64,000 bases of DNA from an uncultured delta proteobacterium (lineage in GTDB: Bacteria > Desulfobacterota > Syntrophia > Syntrophales > UBA2185): contig CAVOID010000009.1 in assembly GCA_963695875.1 (NCBI GenBank), forward strand, positions 32,001 to 96,000, given 5' to 3'. The notes under the pieces are model-generated. The model was not told the DNA's origin. It saw only the letters and a program-made list of their open reading frames with translations, and did no database searches. Numbering within the stretch: position 1 is the stretch's first letter; every line of letters starts with the position of its first letter. Position numbers and translations under genes: made by a program. Below are positions 10,804 through 21,174 of this stretch, one piece after another.

Positions 10804-12397
10804 CTATACAAATAAACTGATAATACCCAAAGAGGGTTCATTCAACTCACTGCCGCCTGATTGTAATAATTGAAGGGCAGGATGATCCTCTTTTGCATTG
10901 TTCCTTCCTCCTCGCCCTGTCATCAAATAGGGCACCTCCCCCCGGCTGAAATCCCTGATTACCATCATATGATCTATCGTGGACAAGGACATCAAAGCGG
11001 TCAATATTTAATCCCTGACCTTGAAGGGCAGTTTTTAATTGGTCGAGATTAGCGTGTAAAACTTGCTTAACCTCATGATTATCTGCAATCAGTAACATCC
11101 GGACCGTATCATGCTGAACCCTGACATCCATATTCAGTGTGCCCAGATTTGGCGGTTCCAGAGTAATAACAATCCTGCCGGAATCCTTCTTGAGCATATT
11201 CGAAGCAGCGTCCATAATCTGATCAGCAACATCCTGGAAACGAAGAGGCGTAATGACGTCCCCATTAATGTTTGTCCATGATCTGCTATCATTACCCTTT
11301 ATCGCGGGATAATCAGCCTGGGCTGTCCATAGAGAAGTATCGGTCTTTACGATAATGCTTTCATTACTAACTCTCTCAGCAGACTTTTCTAACTTCGGCC
11401 CGGCTTCGAAAACGCTTTTATAACCCGGCGTATTTTCACTCAGTGCTTTTAACTGATTAGACGAAATTGTATTTTCTTTTGCTCCTTCCGGCTTAAGTGA
11501 ATCGCTTTTTAATAATATCTCATGTTCTCTCGTATTAGTTGAAACTTTGCTTATCTTTACTTCCTTGATATCAGATACTTTCGAAAGGTCTATGTCACCA
11601 TCACATTGATTATCTTCCGATCCCTCAGCGGAACGGGAAACTTTCATTCCTTCAAGCACATCTTTTTTAACGTGATCATTTCCTTTCAAACTGCCAGCTG
11701 ATAGTACTCCAGAATCATGGCCTGTTTTCTCCTCCATAAGCGTTGCCTCTCCTGAAGGCGGCTTTTGCACACCATCTAATCCACTAACGATCTTTTTCAA
11801 CGAAATTCTATTATCCTTTTCTAACGTAGATTTAATTTGTCCAACATCAACATCCTTTTCGGGCGATCCTTCTGGCAGATTCAATTTATTTCTTTCTTTA
11901 TCGATACTTCCTTTCTCCATTAGGATTTGAGATTTGTCCAACTTTCCGAGAGGAACTTCCCCTTTAGTTTTTATGTCTGCCGTTACTTTCAATGATGAAG
12001 TCTCAAGGTAACGTTTCATATCCTTGTCTAGAGACTTCTGCGCTCTAAAAGGAATAGCATCTATTCCGCCATTCACTCCCTTTGCTCCCTTTTGGGACGA
12101 ATTGCCTCGGCCGTCCTTAACACCATGCAATTCCCCCTCAACTTCATCTTTCCCTGCAGTTGATTCCATCTGGCAACTTATAGAACTGTCCTTTTCGTTA
12201 TTACCTTTCTCAATTGAAAAGAAAATGCCCTTTTGCTTCATTATACTGGCAAATGAACCCGCTCCTCCGATGAGTTCAAATAGCCCTGTCATCTTTTGCT
12301 TACCATTTATCGTCTTCTTGGTCTTGGAAACAACCTGAGAAGCTGTCTGATCATAATTACTTTCGCTTAATATCAACTGTGTTATCGAAGGATTCAT
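10804..12397 (-). CDS. fliK: Hook-length control protein FliK (frameshift ~10915; probable start ATG 12397)
   Basis: Low-complexity N-terminal part; C-terminal ITLEPPNLGTLNMDV...LDQLKTALQGQGL domain; upstream of flgD; AGAGGA RBS before 12397. Confidence 0.88.
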
Positions 12398-12429
12398 TCG
12401 TTCCTCTGGCAAGTTTTACAAATTGCATG

Positions 12430-12445
12430 AGCAAGAGGCATGCCA
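12430..12445 (-). promoter_or_regulatory. sigma54 promoter for fliK-flgD-flgE
   Basis: Minus strand TGGCAT-GCCTC-TTGCT. Confidence 0.88.
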
Positions 12446-12610
12446 TGAAGTGCTCAAATTAAATTACCAATATTTTTAAAGTGTTATGTTGATTGTGAAT
12501 TTATGAGACTTTCAGGAAGGCAAATATTGCCCACCACATTAAGGTGAATTCGACAAAAAATACCTACGAGGGAAAAGGGGAGAAAGGTCGGAATGATGCG
12601 ATGAAGGTAT

Positions 12611-13189
12611 TTACATCCTTGTGATAGTCTTTGCGATTTCTACGGCTTTCTCAGGATTGAAATACTCCCACACAGCGCCGGCTTTCTTATTCTTCATCTG
12701 CATGATAATTCCGGCTGCTGTCTTATTATCCATCTTACTGAAAAGGGTAGCCACCTTATCGGGTGGAGTAGCATCATATTCCTTGGCCAATTCTTTAATT
12801 CTTTTGTTTTCTTCTTTATCAGATTCTTGAGAAACAGGTGTCTTTCCTTCCGGGCCCTGAAGTATTTCTATTTTTCCTGCAACTTCTTTTTTCAGCGAAT
12901 TAAGTCTTTTTTCCTCAAATCTAATAAAATTTTCTTTGTCTTCGAGTTGCCTTCGTCTATCTTCAAGGGAAACCATCAGATTTCTTTCATTCGTCAAGGT
13001 ATCCTCAAAAACATCTCTTACCAGAGTGCTGCCTGTTGTTTGTGAGGATGAATCAGCCAGTGCAGGATTAACAGACCATAACGAAATATTATATAACTCT
13101 GATCTTTTCACAATTTCTCCTATGGCAAATAGCTTCGCCAAAAATAGGAATATTATGAGGATTTCAAATGCAATGAATATTCTCTTCAT
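12611..13189 (-). CDS. MotE/YlxF/FlbB-family protein (TM, coiled coil, MgtE_N-like helices)
   Basis: LAKEYDATPPDKVATLFSKMDNKTAAGIIMQMKNKKAGAV; sits between fliJ and fliK, as ylxF does in Bacillus. Confidence 0.75.
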   Translation of the reverse strand: MKRIFIAFEILIIFLFLAKLFAIGEIVKRSELYNISLWSVNPALADSSSQTTGSTLVRDVFEDTLTNERNLMVSLEDRRRQLEDKENFIRFEEKRLNSLKKEVAGKIEILQGPEGKTPVSQESDKEENKRIKELAKEYDATPPDKVATLFSKMDNKTAAGIIMQMKNKKAGAVWEYFNPEKAVEIAKTITRM

Positions 13190-13629
13190 TTTCTCATACC
13201 ATTACCGAATTTTATTATCGAAAAATCATCTAATTCTTTGCGGTCTTTCGCTGCTGTTTCAAAAATATATTCAGCCATTCTTTTCTCCCGGAGGGTCTCC
13301 ATAGCCTTTCTTTTTTTTACAGCTTCAAGGAGGTCCTCACGTTTAGCATTGGCTTCTTCCTCCGCTTTACAAACAATACCAACCTGCTTTTCTTCTTTGC
13401 ACTTCAGGTATTCAATGAAGGCAAAGTGCCGTTGTATCACATCGGGACGAAGGGAATTTGCCTGCATTTTTACAAAATGTCGGATCAACGCATTCTTTTC
13501 CTTTTTTAAATCTTCTAAAACATCCCTCGCTGCCTGCAGACGCTTCATTGCGTCGGAAAATGCAAGCTGACATTGCTCTTCTATTTGCGCTCTATAGTTT
13601 AATACTGACTCCATCTCAAATTGAAACAT
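13186..13629 (-). CDS. fliJ: Flagellar export chaperone FliJ
   Basis: MFQFEMESVLNYR, coiled coil, C-terminal KELDD; follows fliI. Confidence 0.92.
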   Translation of the reverse strand: MFQFEMESVLNYRAQIEEQCQLAFSDAMKRLQAARDVLEDLKKEKNALIRHFVKMQANSLRPDVIQRHFAFIEYLKCKEEKQVGIVCKAEEEANAKREDLLEAVKKRKAMETLREKRMAEYIFETAAKDRKELDDFSIIKFGNGMRK

Positions 13630-13640
13630 ACTTGAAAGTC

Positions 13641-15002
13641 CTATTCAAGCAAGGTAAACAGATCGCGTCTGCTTTCCGCAAAACTTACTTTTTCATCGAT
13701 GGCCTGCATTAAAAAGGTATTCACTCTGCCAATCATTTCAATAGCAAAATCCACTTCCCGATTACTGCCTTTAACATAGGCTCCTATATTTATCAGGTCC
13801 TCCGCCTTTTTGTATGTTGCAAGGATGTTTAATATATGACCGGCTTTCCCCTTGTGCTCATCATCCACAATGTCAATCATGACCCTGCTGATACTGCTTA
13901 GAACATCTACCGCCGGATAATGATTCTTCGTCGCCAAGTCACGAGACAACACAATATGTCCATCCAGAATTGATCTTGCCGCGTCCGCTATCGGTTCATC
14001 AAAGTCATTGCCTTCAACTAAAACTGCATAAAGACCGGTTATGCTCCCCTTGCCTTCTACGGCACCAACTCTCTCAAGGAGCTTCGGCATAAGGCTGAAA
14101 ACTGAAGGGGTATATCCTTTTGTCGTCGGCGGCTCCCCGATGGAAAGACCGACTTCTCGCTGGGCCATGGCAAACCTTGTCAGAGAATCAACCATAAGGA
14201 GTACATCACTCCCCTGATCCCTGAAATATTCGGCAATAGATGTTGCGACATATGCCGCTCTCATTCTTATGATTGGATGCGTATCAGACGTAGCAACAAC
14301 AACAACCGATCTATCCAGACCTTCTTTACCGAGATTCTTTTCCAGAAACTCCCGGACTTCCCGTCCTCTCTCACCGATGAGCCCTATGACGTTCACATCA
14401 GCCCTGGTGTTTTTTGCCATCATCCCTAAAAGAATACTCTTCCCAACACCGGATCCGGAAAAAACCCCCATTTTCTGCCCTTTCCCGCAGGTGAGCAGCG
14501 CATTTATAGCCCTTATTCCGAGATCCATCACCTCTGTAACCCGCTTCCTCCACATTGGATTGATTGGACTGAAATATACGGGGTATTCGGCCTGGAACTC
14601 GATCGGCCCCTTGCCGTCAATAGGATTCCCCATACCATCAATCACGCGTCCTAGGAGGCCTCTCCCGACTCTGATATCCGCCTTCTTTCCAAGTGATACA
14701 ATCTTGCAGCCTGGGCCCACCCCGCGAATCTCATCGAGCGGCATCATCAGAACCTTGTCCGTCTTGAAACCTACGACCTCGGCACTGAGCGGCTCCCTAT
14801 GGCCATTTGCATAAATTTCACACATTTCACCGACAGAAGTGCAGGGGCCATGACCCTCCACCACCAGACCTATGACCTGGCTTACTTTACCGCAAACTTT
14901 GATAGGATTTGCCAGTTCAATTAATCTTTGACATTTTTCAAAGTTGAACGCTGTTGCAGCCGCCGCTTCTTCCACCGTGTGCACCTCTTTTCGAAAAGTC
15001 AT
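13641..15002 (-). CDS. fliI: Flagellar export ATPase FliI
   Basis: GSGVGKS Walker A, IGERGREV, DSLTRFAMAQREVGL, GEPPTTKGY. Confidence 0.97.
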   Translation of the reverse strand: MTFRKEVHTVEEAAAATAFNFEKCQRLIELANPIKVCGKVSQVIGLVVEGHGPCTSVGEMCEIYANGHREPLSAEVVGFKTDKVLMMPLDEIRGVGPGCKIVSLGKKADIRVGRGLLGRVIDGMGNPIDGKGPIEFQAEYPVYFSPINPMWRKRVTEVMDLGIRAINALLTCGKGQKMGVFSGSGVGKSILLGMMAKNTRADVNVIGLIGERGREVREFLEKNLGKEGLDRSVVVVATSDTHPIIRMRAAYVATSIAEYFRDQGSDVLLMVDSLTRFAMAQREVGLSIGEPPTTKGYTPSVFSLMPKLLERVGAVEGKGSITGLYAVLVEGNDFDEPIADAARSILDGHIVLSRDLATKNHYPAVDVLSSISRVMIDIVDDEHKGKAGHILNILATYKKAEDLINIGAYVKGSNREVDFAIEMIGRVNTFLMQAIDEKVSFAESRRDLFTLLE

Positions 15003-15706
15003 TTCTTACGGGATATGGCTTTCCTGACCTCATGAAGTTGCTGATCCAATCTTGCATCCACCTCACCAGACGATGTTTCGATAACTACCCCGCCCCGACT
15101 GATGCTGTTATCTTCCACAACCGACATGTTCCTGATATCTTCGAAACTATCAATAATTCCCGGATTTATCTCCAGTATATATCGATAGTCTTCAGGGTTC
15201 AGTCTAACCCTTATCCCTTCTTTATCAAGCACTTGTTTTACCGCACTTTTCAGAACATCATGTACAATATCTCTGTTTGTCGTAACCTCTTTGTGAATGA
15301 CCTTCTCGGTAACAGAAAATACAAGATTTAATATCTTATCCTCATTACTTTCCAGGTTTTCTTTTTTCAATCTATCCAGTTCCCTCATTGAATTTGTAAG
15401 GGCTTCTGCGGCTTGAAATAACCTTTTTTTCTCATTTTCAGTACCCTCTCTAATTCCTTCTGAATATCCTTTAGCGTAGGCTTCCTTCTTTGACTTTTCA
15501 ATATTCGATGTCGTTTCGGCCTCAATGGAATTGTAAGCGGTTCTCCCCTTCTTATCTCCCTTGATTCTGATATCCCCTTCCACTTTAGAATAAAACCTTA
15601 CGAATTCCGGTGTAGTACTTTCAGCCGTATTTACCATATCAACATTCTTGCATTTGATGACCTTTTTAGACAAGTTGGTCACCCCCCTCACCGCGGATAA
15701 TGACAA
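14999..15706 (-). CDS. fliH: Flagellar assembly protein FliH
   Basis: AxxxGxxxG repeats (EAYAKGYSEGIREG), VRLNPED, GGVVIET. Confidence 0.92.
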   Translation of the reverse strand: MSLSAVRGVTNLSKKVIKCKNVDMVNTAESTTPEFVRFYSKVEGDIRIKGDKKGRTAYNSIEAETTSNIEKSKKEAYAKGYSEGIREGTENEKKRLFQAAEALTNSMRELDRLKKENLESNEDKILNLVFSVTEKVIHKEVTTNRDIVHDVLKSAVKQVLDKEGIRVRLNPEDYRYILEINPGIIDSFEDIRNMSVVEDNSISRGGVVIETSSGEVDARLDQQLHEVRKAISRKK

Positions 15707-16670
15707 TTTTCCCTTCTGCCTCTAATTTCTTCGTTGCATCAATAATAATTCTCTGGCTCTTTTCTATTTCCGACAACCTTATGGGGGGCATCATCTCTAT
15801 ATCCTCCTTCAGCATTTCAGCGCCGCGTTTTGACATATTTCTGTAAATAACACCCCTCATCTCTTCATCAACTATCTTCAATGATCGCCCTAAATCTTCA
15901 GTTGTTACTTCCCTTAACAGCTCCTGGATACTCCTGTCATCCAATTTGAGTATATCTTCGAATGTAAACATCTTCTTGCGTATCTCAGTTGCAATTTCTG
16001 GCACAGTCTCATCAAGCGATTTCATAACAGTATTCTCGGTGCTCCGACTCATCCTGTTCATAATTTCAGCCACCATAGAAATACCGCCTGGCTGCAAGTC
16101 ACTTACGCCGCCGACAATAATCTCTTTTTCCAGGGTCTTTGCAATGTCAACTATGAATTCATGGGGAACGCTCTTTAAGGTCGCCATCCTTTTTACGATG
16201 TCACTCTGCGCCTCAGGTGAAAGGCTCTCCAGAATTTTTGCTGCTTGTTCAGCTCCCACATAGGAGAGGATCAGGGCAATGGTCTGAGGATGTTCGGTCC
16301 TTGTGAAATCTATCAATAACTGGGGATCTATTTCCCGCAACTTCTGCATCAAAGGGTTGTCATAAGACCTGTCGTGCCCGGCTGTTCTTTCTATACTGGT
16401 CAAAATATCATGAGCTGTTTCTTCTCCTGCGGCTTTAACGATCAGGCTTCGCAAGGTTTCACCATATACTGGCAGGACTCCGCCTTTCTGCCTTGCCATT
16501 GTACAAAATTCTTTGGCGACATTATTGACATCTTCCAAGGACACACTGTGAAGACGGCTCATCTGTTTTCCAATGAGTTCAATTTCCGAGGGGCTAAAAT
16601 TCTTCATAATTTTAGCCGCCAGTTCCTCGTCCAAAGATAACAGCAGGATCGCTACTTTCTCTTCATTCAT
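15666..16670 (-). CDS. fliG: Flagellar motor switch protein FliG
   Basis: KVAILLLSL, EHPQTIALILS, MFTFEDI, NMSKRGAEML. Confidence 0.96.
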   Translation of the reverse strand: MNEEKVAILLLSLDEELAAKIMKNFSPSEIELIGKQMSRLHSVSLEDVNNVAKEFCTMARQKGGVLPVYGETLRSLIVKAAGEETAHDILTSIERTAGHDRSYDNPLMQKLREIDPQLLIDFTRTEHPQTIALILSYVGAEQAAKILESLSPEAQSDIVKRMATLKSVPHEFIVDIAKTLEKEIIVGGVSDLQPGGISMVAEIMNRMSRSTENTVMKSLDETVPEIATEIRKKMFTFEDILKLDDRSIQELLREVTTEDLGRSLKIVDEEMRGVIYRNMSKRGAEMLKEDIEMMPPIRLSEIEKSQRIIIDATKKLEAEGKIVIIRGEGGDQLV

Positions 16671-16692
16671 AATTTCTTACAATCTATTAAGA

Positions 16693-18285
16693 CTACCGTA
16701 TCCAAAGTCTCAGCAATTCAGCAAATCGCCTTGCATCCGCGCTGGCCATCTGCCTGACGAGATCAGTTTCGTTTAGAGCTACGGTTGATTTATCTCCGAT
16801 AGCCAATGGACTTGCAATTCCTTCCAGTTCACCCGGAGCCGATGAAAGAGCTTCCCGTGCAGCAAACTCCGGCGTTTTCCCCTTCACCAACAACATCTTA
16901 ATCACCGGTTGCAGAACAAATATAGCTACTAATATCAGCGCTGCCAGCATTACAAGGTACTTTATTACAGGATAAAACGCTGTTACTTTCTCCGGCCATG
17001 ACTCTTTACCCGTCATGCCGGCATCGAATTCACCCTTGTTGAAGGGAACGTTGGTGATAACAACCTGATCACCCCTTTTTGTATCAAAACCCGCTGCCTT
17101 TTTTACCAGTTCCTCCAGATCCGTGAGTTCCTTCTTTGACCTCGCCTGGAATTCCTCAACTCCCTTATCATTTTTTACATAAGGCCCGTCCAGCAATACG
17201 GCTACTGACAACTTTTTGACATCTCCAATCGGCATGACAGTTTTGCTGACAACTTTGTTTATTTCATAATTTACGACTTCATCCAGCCGTTCACTCCCCG
17301 GTCCCTGTTTCGCAGCTGTCGAGCCAGCCTGTTTCCCACCAACAGGAGCAATTGTTGATTGGCCGCCTGCAGCTATTGCCGAGGAGCTCGACTTTTGAGA
17401 CTGACGCTGCATGCTTCTCACCACAGGTTCTTCGGGATCATATTTTTCCTCCGTTTTTTCCGTTATCCTGAAATCAAGGTCCGCGGACACTCTGACCACC
17501 GCTTTTCCCTCACCCACTACTTTTTCCAGCAGTGACTGCACTCTGTTCGTTAGATCCTTCTCGATATTCCTCTGATACTCAACCTGGGAATTAGACATCC
17601 TTGCCAGCTTAGATTCATCTTGTATTACAGACAGTACCTTTCCACTATTATCAACTACCATCACATCAGCGGGACTCATTCCTTCCACAGAACTTGCCAC
17701 CAGGTGGACAATTCCGTCTATCTGCGGCGGTCGTAATGTCCTGCCCGATTTTAATTTAACTATAACGGAAGCAGTCGCTTTTTTCTGATCTTCTATAAAT
17801 AGAGATTTTTTAGGAATGACTAAATGGACTCTGCTGTGTTGTATTTCGTCCAACCCGTTGATGGTTCGGGAGAGCTCACCTTGAAGAGCCCTCTGGTAAT
17901 TCAACTGTTGCACAAATTCTGTGGCACCGAGAGACTTATTATCAAAAATCTCAAACCCAACCCCTCCACCCTGGGGCAATCCGGAAGACGCCAGTTCTAA
18001 TCTTATTTCGGATATCTTTTCAGAGGGAACAAGAATAGAATCGCCGGAAGCTGATATCTGATAGGGTACCTTTTTCTCTTGCAATCTCGCAACAATATTT
18101 GCAGCATCATCTGCGCCAAGGTTTGAAAACAGGACACGATACTCTGGTTTATTGGTCCAATAGACCATTGCGCCAACTCCGATAAAGGTAACCGTGGCTA
18201 TAATAAGTATAGATAACTTTCTTGAAGGTTCTAATGCATTAAAACCTTTCCATATCTGGCTAAAAAATTGAATAAGAGATCCCAT
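16693..18285 (-). CDS. fliF: Flagellar MS-ring protein FliF
   Basis: GVGFEIFD, NYQRALQGELSRTI, RVHLVIP; two TMs. Confidence 0.97.
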   Translation of the reverse strand: MGSLIQFFSQIWKGFNALEPSRKLSILIIATVTFIGVGAMVYWTNKPEYRVLFSNLGADDAANIVARLQEKKVPYQISASGDSILVPSEKISEIRLELASSGLPQGGGVGFEIFDNKSLGATEFVQQLNYQRALQGELSRTINGLDEIQHSRVHLVIPKKSLFIEDQKKATASVIVKLKSGRTLRPPQIDGIVHLVASSVEGMSPADVMVVDNSGKVLSVIQDESKLARMSNSQVEYQRNIEKDLTNRVQSLLEKVVGEGKAVVRVSADLDFRITEKTEEKYDPEEPVVRSMQRQSQKSSSSAIAAGGQSTIAPVGGKQAGSTAAKQGPGSERLDEVVNYEINKVVSKTVMPIGDVKKLSVAVLLDGPYVKNDKGVEEFQARSKKELTDLEELVKKAAGFDTKRGDQVVITNVPFNKGEFDAGMTGKESWPEKVTAFYPVIKYLVMLAALILVAIFVLQPVIKMLLVKGKTPEFAAREALSSAPGELEGIASPLAIGDKSTVALNETDLVRQMASADARRFAELLRLWIR

Positions 18286-18317
18286 TTTATAATTACCGTC
18301 ACAGTTTAAAATCTATA

Positions 18318-18621
18318 TTAAACTTGCATTCTCATAACTTCCTGATAGGCTTCTAGAATCTTATTCCGCACCTGTATCATTTTTCTGAATGAGAGATCCG
18401 CCTTTTCCAGAGCAATTATTGCATCATGAATGCTTCCGGAATTTCCCAGTTCGACCTTCGTAATAGCCTGATCAGCATCTAACTGAAGCTGGTTGATTTC
18501 ATTTACCTTGTTTTTGAGGATAGTACTGAATTCTGTCTTGTCCCCTTGACCAGCATCTTTTACTTTATCGGCTACCGTTGAAGGCCTAAGAGCATCACCT
18601 CTAATTGATATATCAGCTCAT
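18318..18621 (-). CDS. fliE: Hook-basal body protein FliE (absent from the ORF track; 1-nt frameshift just after ATG)
   Basis: Minus strand reads ...IHDAIIALEKADLSFRKMIQVRNKILEAYQEVMRMQV*; ATG at 18621 with GGAGG RBS, followed by an extra A. Confidence 0.9.
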
Positions 18622-18663
18622 CCCTAAATCACCTCCCGCACTTTTGGATATACCTCTCCTTTT

Positions 18664-19113
18664 TTACTGATTGCCTACTTTCCCATTTCCAATCGTCTTG
18701 AGTGCCATATTCTTGGAGGCATCGAAGGCCGTAACACACGCTTCATACGCCCTGTTGGTCAGCATCATATCCACCATCTCCGTCACCAAGTTAATGTTCG
18801 GCATAGCCACAAAACCCCTTGCATCAGCATCCGGATGACCAGGATTGTGCATCATTTTTATGGCTTCATCTTCTTTAGCTTCTTCAACTCCGTCGACTTT
18901 CACTGTCTTTATGGCGTCTCTTAACTGAGAATCAAAATTGCTGTTGACATTTTCAGAGGAAAAAACAACAACTTTCCTCTTGTAAGGTCCTCCTTCAGGC
19001 GTTCTTGTTGTATGGATATTGGCAATATTGCTTACAATAACGTCCATCTTCGCCCGCTGGGCTGCAAGCCCCTCTCCACATATCCTAAAGGGTGTATAGA
19101 TATTCCATATCAC
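18664..19113 (-). CDS. flgC: Rod protein FlgC (both ends probably distorted by single-base insertions)
   Basis: SNIANIHTTRTPEGGPYKRK, PGHPDAD, MPNINLVTEMVDM. Confidence 0.95.
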   Translation of the reverse strand: MIWNIYTPFRICGEGLAAQRAKMDVIVSNIANIHTTRTPEGGPYKRKVVVFSSENVNSNFDSQLRDAIKTVKVDGVEEAKEDEAIKMMHNPGHPDADARGFVAMPNINLVTEMVDMMLTNRAYEACVTAFDASKNMALKTIGNGKVGNQ

Positions 19114-19484
19114 TTCACCTCATTAAATACGATTTTAATGCTTCTCATTTTTCTACTTAACAGTTCAACAGACGTATTATACATTAAATGGTTTTCCGCT
19201 AGGTTGGTCATCTCGGTCTCGATGTTTACTCTATCTCCCGAATCAACGATCTCACAATCTACTGACCCGGCATTTGCAAACTGTCCGGAAAAGTGCTTTT
19301 TGTCTGTCTTCACTAATTTTTTTTGCATTTCGTCCCCGATAATAGCCTTAAATTGTAAATCTTTGGATGTGTAACCAGGTGTATCGATATTTGCAACATT
19401 TGAAGTAATTAACTGATGCTTCTGAGACCGGAAATCCATCATGGAAGACAAAAGCTTCATCGTTTTATCAAACGGAAAATCCAT
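19110..19484 (-). CDS. flgB: Rod protein FlgB
   Basis: ITSNVANIDTPGY, VNIETEMTNLAENHLMY. Confidence 0.95.
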   Translation of the reverse strand: MDFPFDKTMKLLSSMMDFRSQKHQLITSNVANIDTPGYTSKDLQFKAIIGDEMQKKLVKTDKKHFSGQFANAGSVDCEIVDSGDRVNIETEMTNLAENHLMYNTSVELLSRKMRSIKIVFNEVK

Positions 19485-19541
19485 AAACTCTCCTGTTTTT
19501 TATGGCATTAAAATAGTAAAAGACCATTTTGGGATTATATT

Positions 19542-19557
19542 TGCAAAGGATATACCA
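19542..19557 (-). promoter_or_regulatory. sigma54 promoter for the flgB operon
   Basis: Minus strand TGGTAT-ATCCT-TTGCA, 58 nt upstream of flgB. Confidence 0.85.
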
Positions 19558-19769
19558 AAACAACTTCAAAAATTTCTGTATTTTCAATTAAAACCGAATC
19601 ATAATACTATCTCTTTCATTCAAAATAGTTAACAGTCGTGCACTTGTCACTTACCGGTCACTTAGAGGATACCGTGCAAAAGGTGTGAAACTTAACCTAA
19701 TCTGCAACTTTACAGTACATGGGAAAATTTTTCCGGTATCGCAAAGAGGCATTTTTTTGACTTTCCTGT

Positions 19770-21134
19770 TCATAAATTGGACAATTTATATTCATGCAAC
19801 TTATTGCGCATGGTGCGAACACTGATACCTAGAATCTTTGACGCCTTTGTTTTATTCCCATTAACCTCTTTAAGCGTTTCAACAATCAGGTTCTTTTCCA
19901 TCTCCCATAAAGTCGAGCCTTTAAGGGAAACAGTAGCTGAATCAACATCTACATATACCCTTTCATCCTTTTCCAGGTGCAAATGCTCCGGTTGTACCGC
20001 ACCCCTGTCCGCTATCAATACGGCCCTCTCGATAACATTTTCCAGCTCCCTGACATTTCCAGGCCATGTATAGCTCTTTAATAAGGCCTCGGCCTCATCA
20101 GACAAGGCAGGTTTCTTTCCTATAAGTTCACTATATTTCCTAAGAAAATAATTGCTGAGCAAAGGAATATCACTCATCCTATTCCTGAGTGACGGTATTG
20201 TAACCGGAATGACATTTAGCCGGTAAAAGAGATCCTCCCTGAACTTTTTTTCTGAAATGTCTTTTTTTAAGTCTGAGTTTGTCGTTGCAATAATCCTTAC
20301 GTTAACGGAAATAGGTTCCCTTCCCCCCAATCTATCGATTTCTCCCTCCTGAATAGCCCTGAGAAGTTTTGCCTGGAGCTGCATGTCCATCTCGCTAATC
20401 TCATCCAGTAATAAGGTCCCCCCATCAGCCAGTTCGAATTTTCCCAACCTTCTCTGCAACGCACCGGTAAAAGCCCCTCTTTCGTACCCGAACATTTCAC
20501 TTTCAAGAAGATTATGCGGAACGGCTGCACAGTTAACTGCAACAAACGGCATGTGGGATCTATTACTGTGACGATGAATATAACGGGCAAATAACTCCTT
20601 ACCCGTACCACTTTCACCTTGAATCAAAACACTGGATTTGCTTTTTGACACACACTTAAGTAATTCCAGTAGCGATATCATTTTTTTATCGCAAGTGATA
20701 ATCTCTTTAAAAGATAATCGAGTTTCTTCTTCATCTTTTTGATCACCTTCGTTATTTTCACGTCTCGAAAATACATTTTTTACAACCGACTCAAGATCGT
20801 CAATGGAAAAGGGCTTCATAATAAAATCAGATGCTCCTTCCTTCATCGCCTGAACAGCAGTATTGACAGTTCCATAAGCAGTTATCACAATGACATGCGT
20901 TTCCGGTGAAATCTTTTTGATACCCCGAAGTACCTCAATTCCACCAACCTTCGGCATTCGCATATCTGTAATAACAACATCAAATTTTCCTTTATTAAAT
21001 TTTGTCAGGGCATCTGCTCCATCAACGGCGGCTTCCACTTGATACCCGCAGCTCAACAGAGATTCGGATAAGGCCATCCTCATGGATGGATCATCATCAA
21101 CTACTAAAACCGGTCTCTTATTCATGTCTATCAC
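19770..21134 (-). CDS. sigma54-dependent response regulator, FleR/FlrC-like (REC-AAA+-HTH)
   Basis: REC (ITDMRMP), [24 protein letters not shown], Fis-type HTH; directly after the kinase gene and before flgB. Confidence 0.92.
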   Translation of the reverse strand: MIDMNKRPVLVVDDDPSMRMALSESLLSCGYQVEAAVDGADALTKFNKGKFDVVITDMRMPKVGGIEVLRGIKKISPETHVIVITAYGTVNTAVQAMKEGASDFIMKPFSIDDLESVVKNVFSRRENNEGDQKDEEETRLSFKEIITCDKKMISLLELLKCVSKSKSSVLIQGESGTGKELFARYIHRHSNRSHMPFVAVNCAAVPHNLLESEMFGYERGAFTGALQRRLGKFELADGGTLLLDEISEMDMQLQAKLLRAIQEGEIDRLGGREPISVNVRIIATTNSDLKKDISEKKFREDLFYRLNVIPVTIPSLRNRMSDIPLLSNYFLRKYSELIGKKPALSDEAEALLKSYTWPGNVRELENVIERAVLIADRGAVQPEHLHLEKDERVYVDVDSATVSLKGSTLWEMEKNLIVETLKEVNGNKTKASKILGISVRTMRNKLHEYKLSNL

Positions 21135-21174
21135 CTAAGATATTCAAACTATCTGCGACTTCAGACTTCCGTGT

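Noticed and set aside
1..19484. Flagellar system undergoing pseudogenisation
   Set aside because: Essential genes (mraY, murG, murF, ftsL) show the same single-base indels, and flagellar motifs and promoters are intact; sequencing error is more parsimonious
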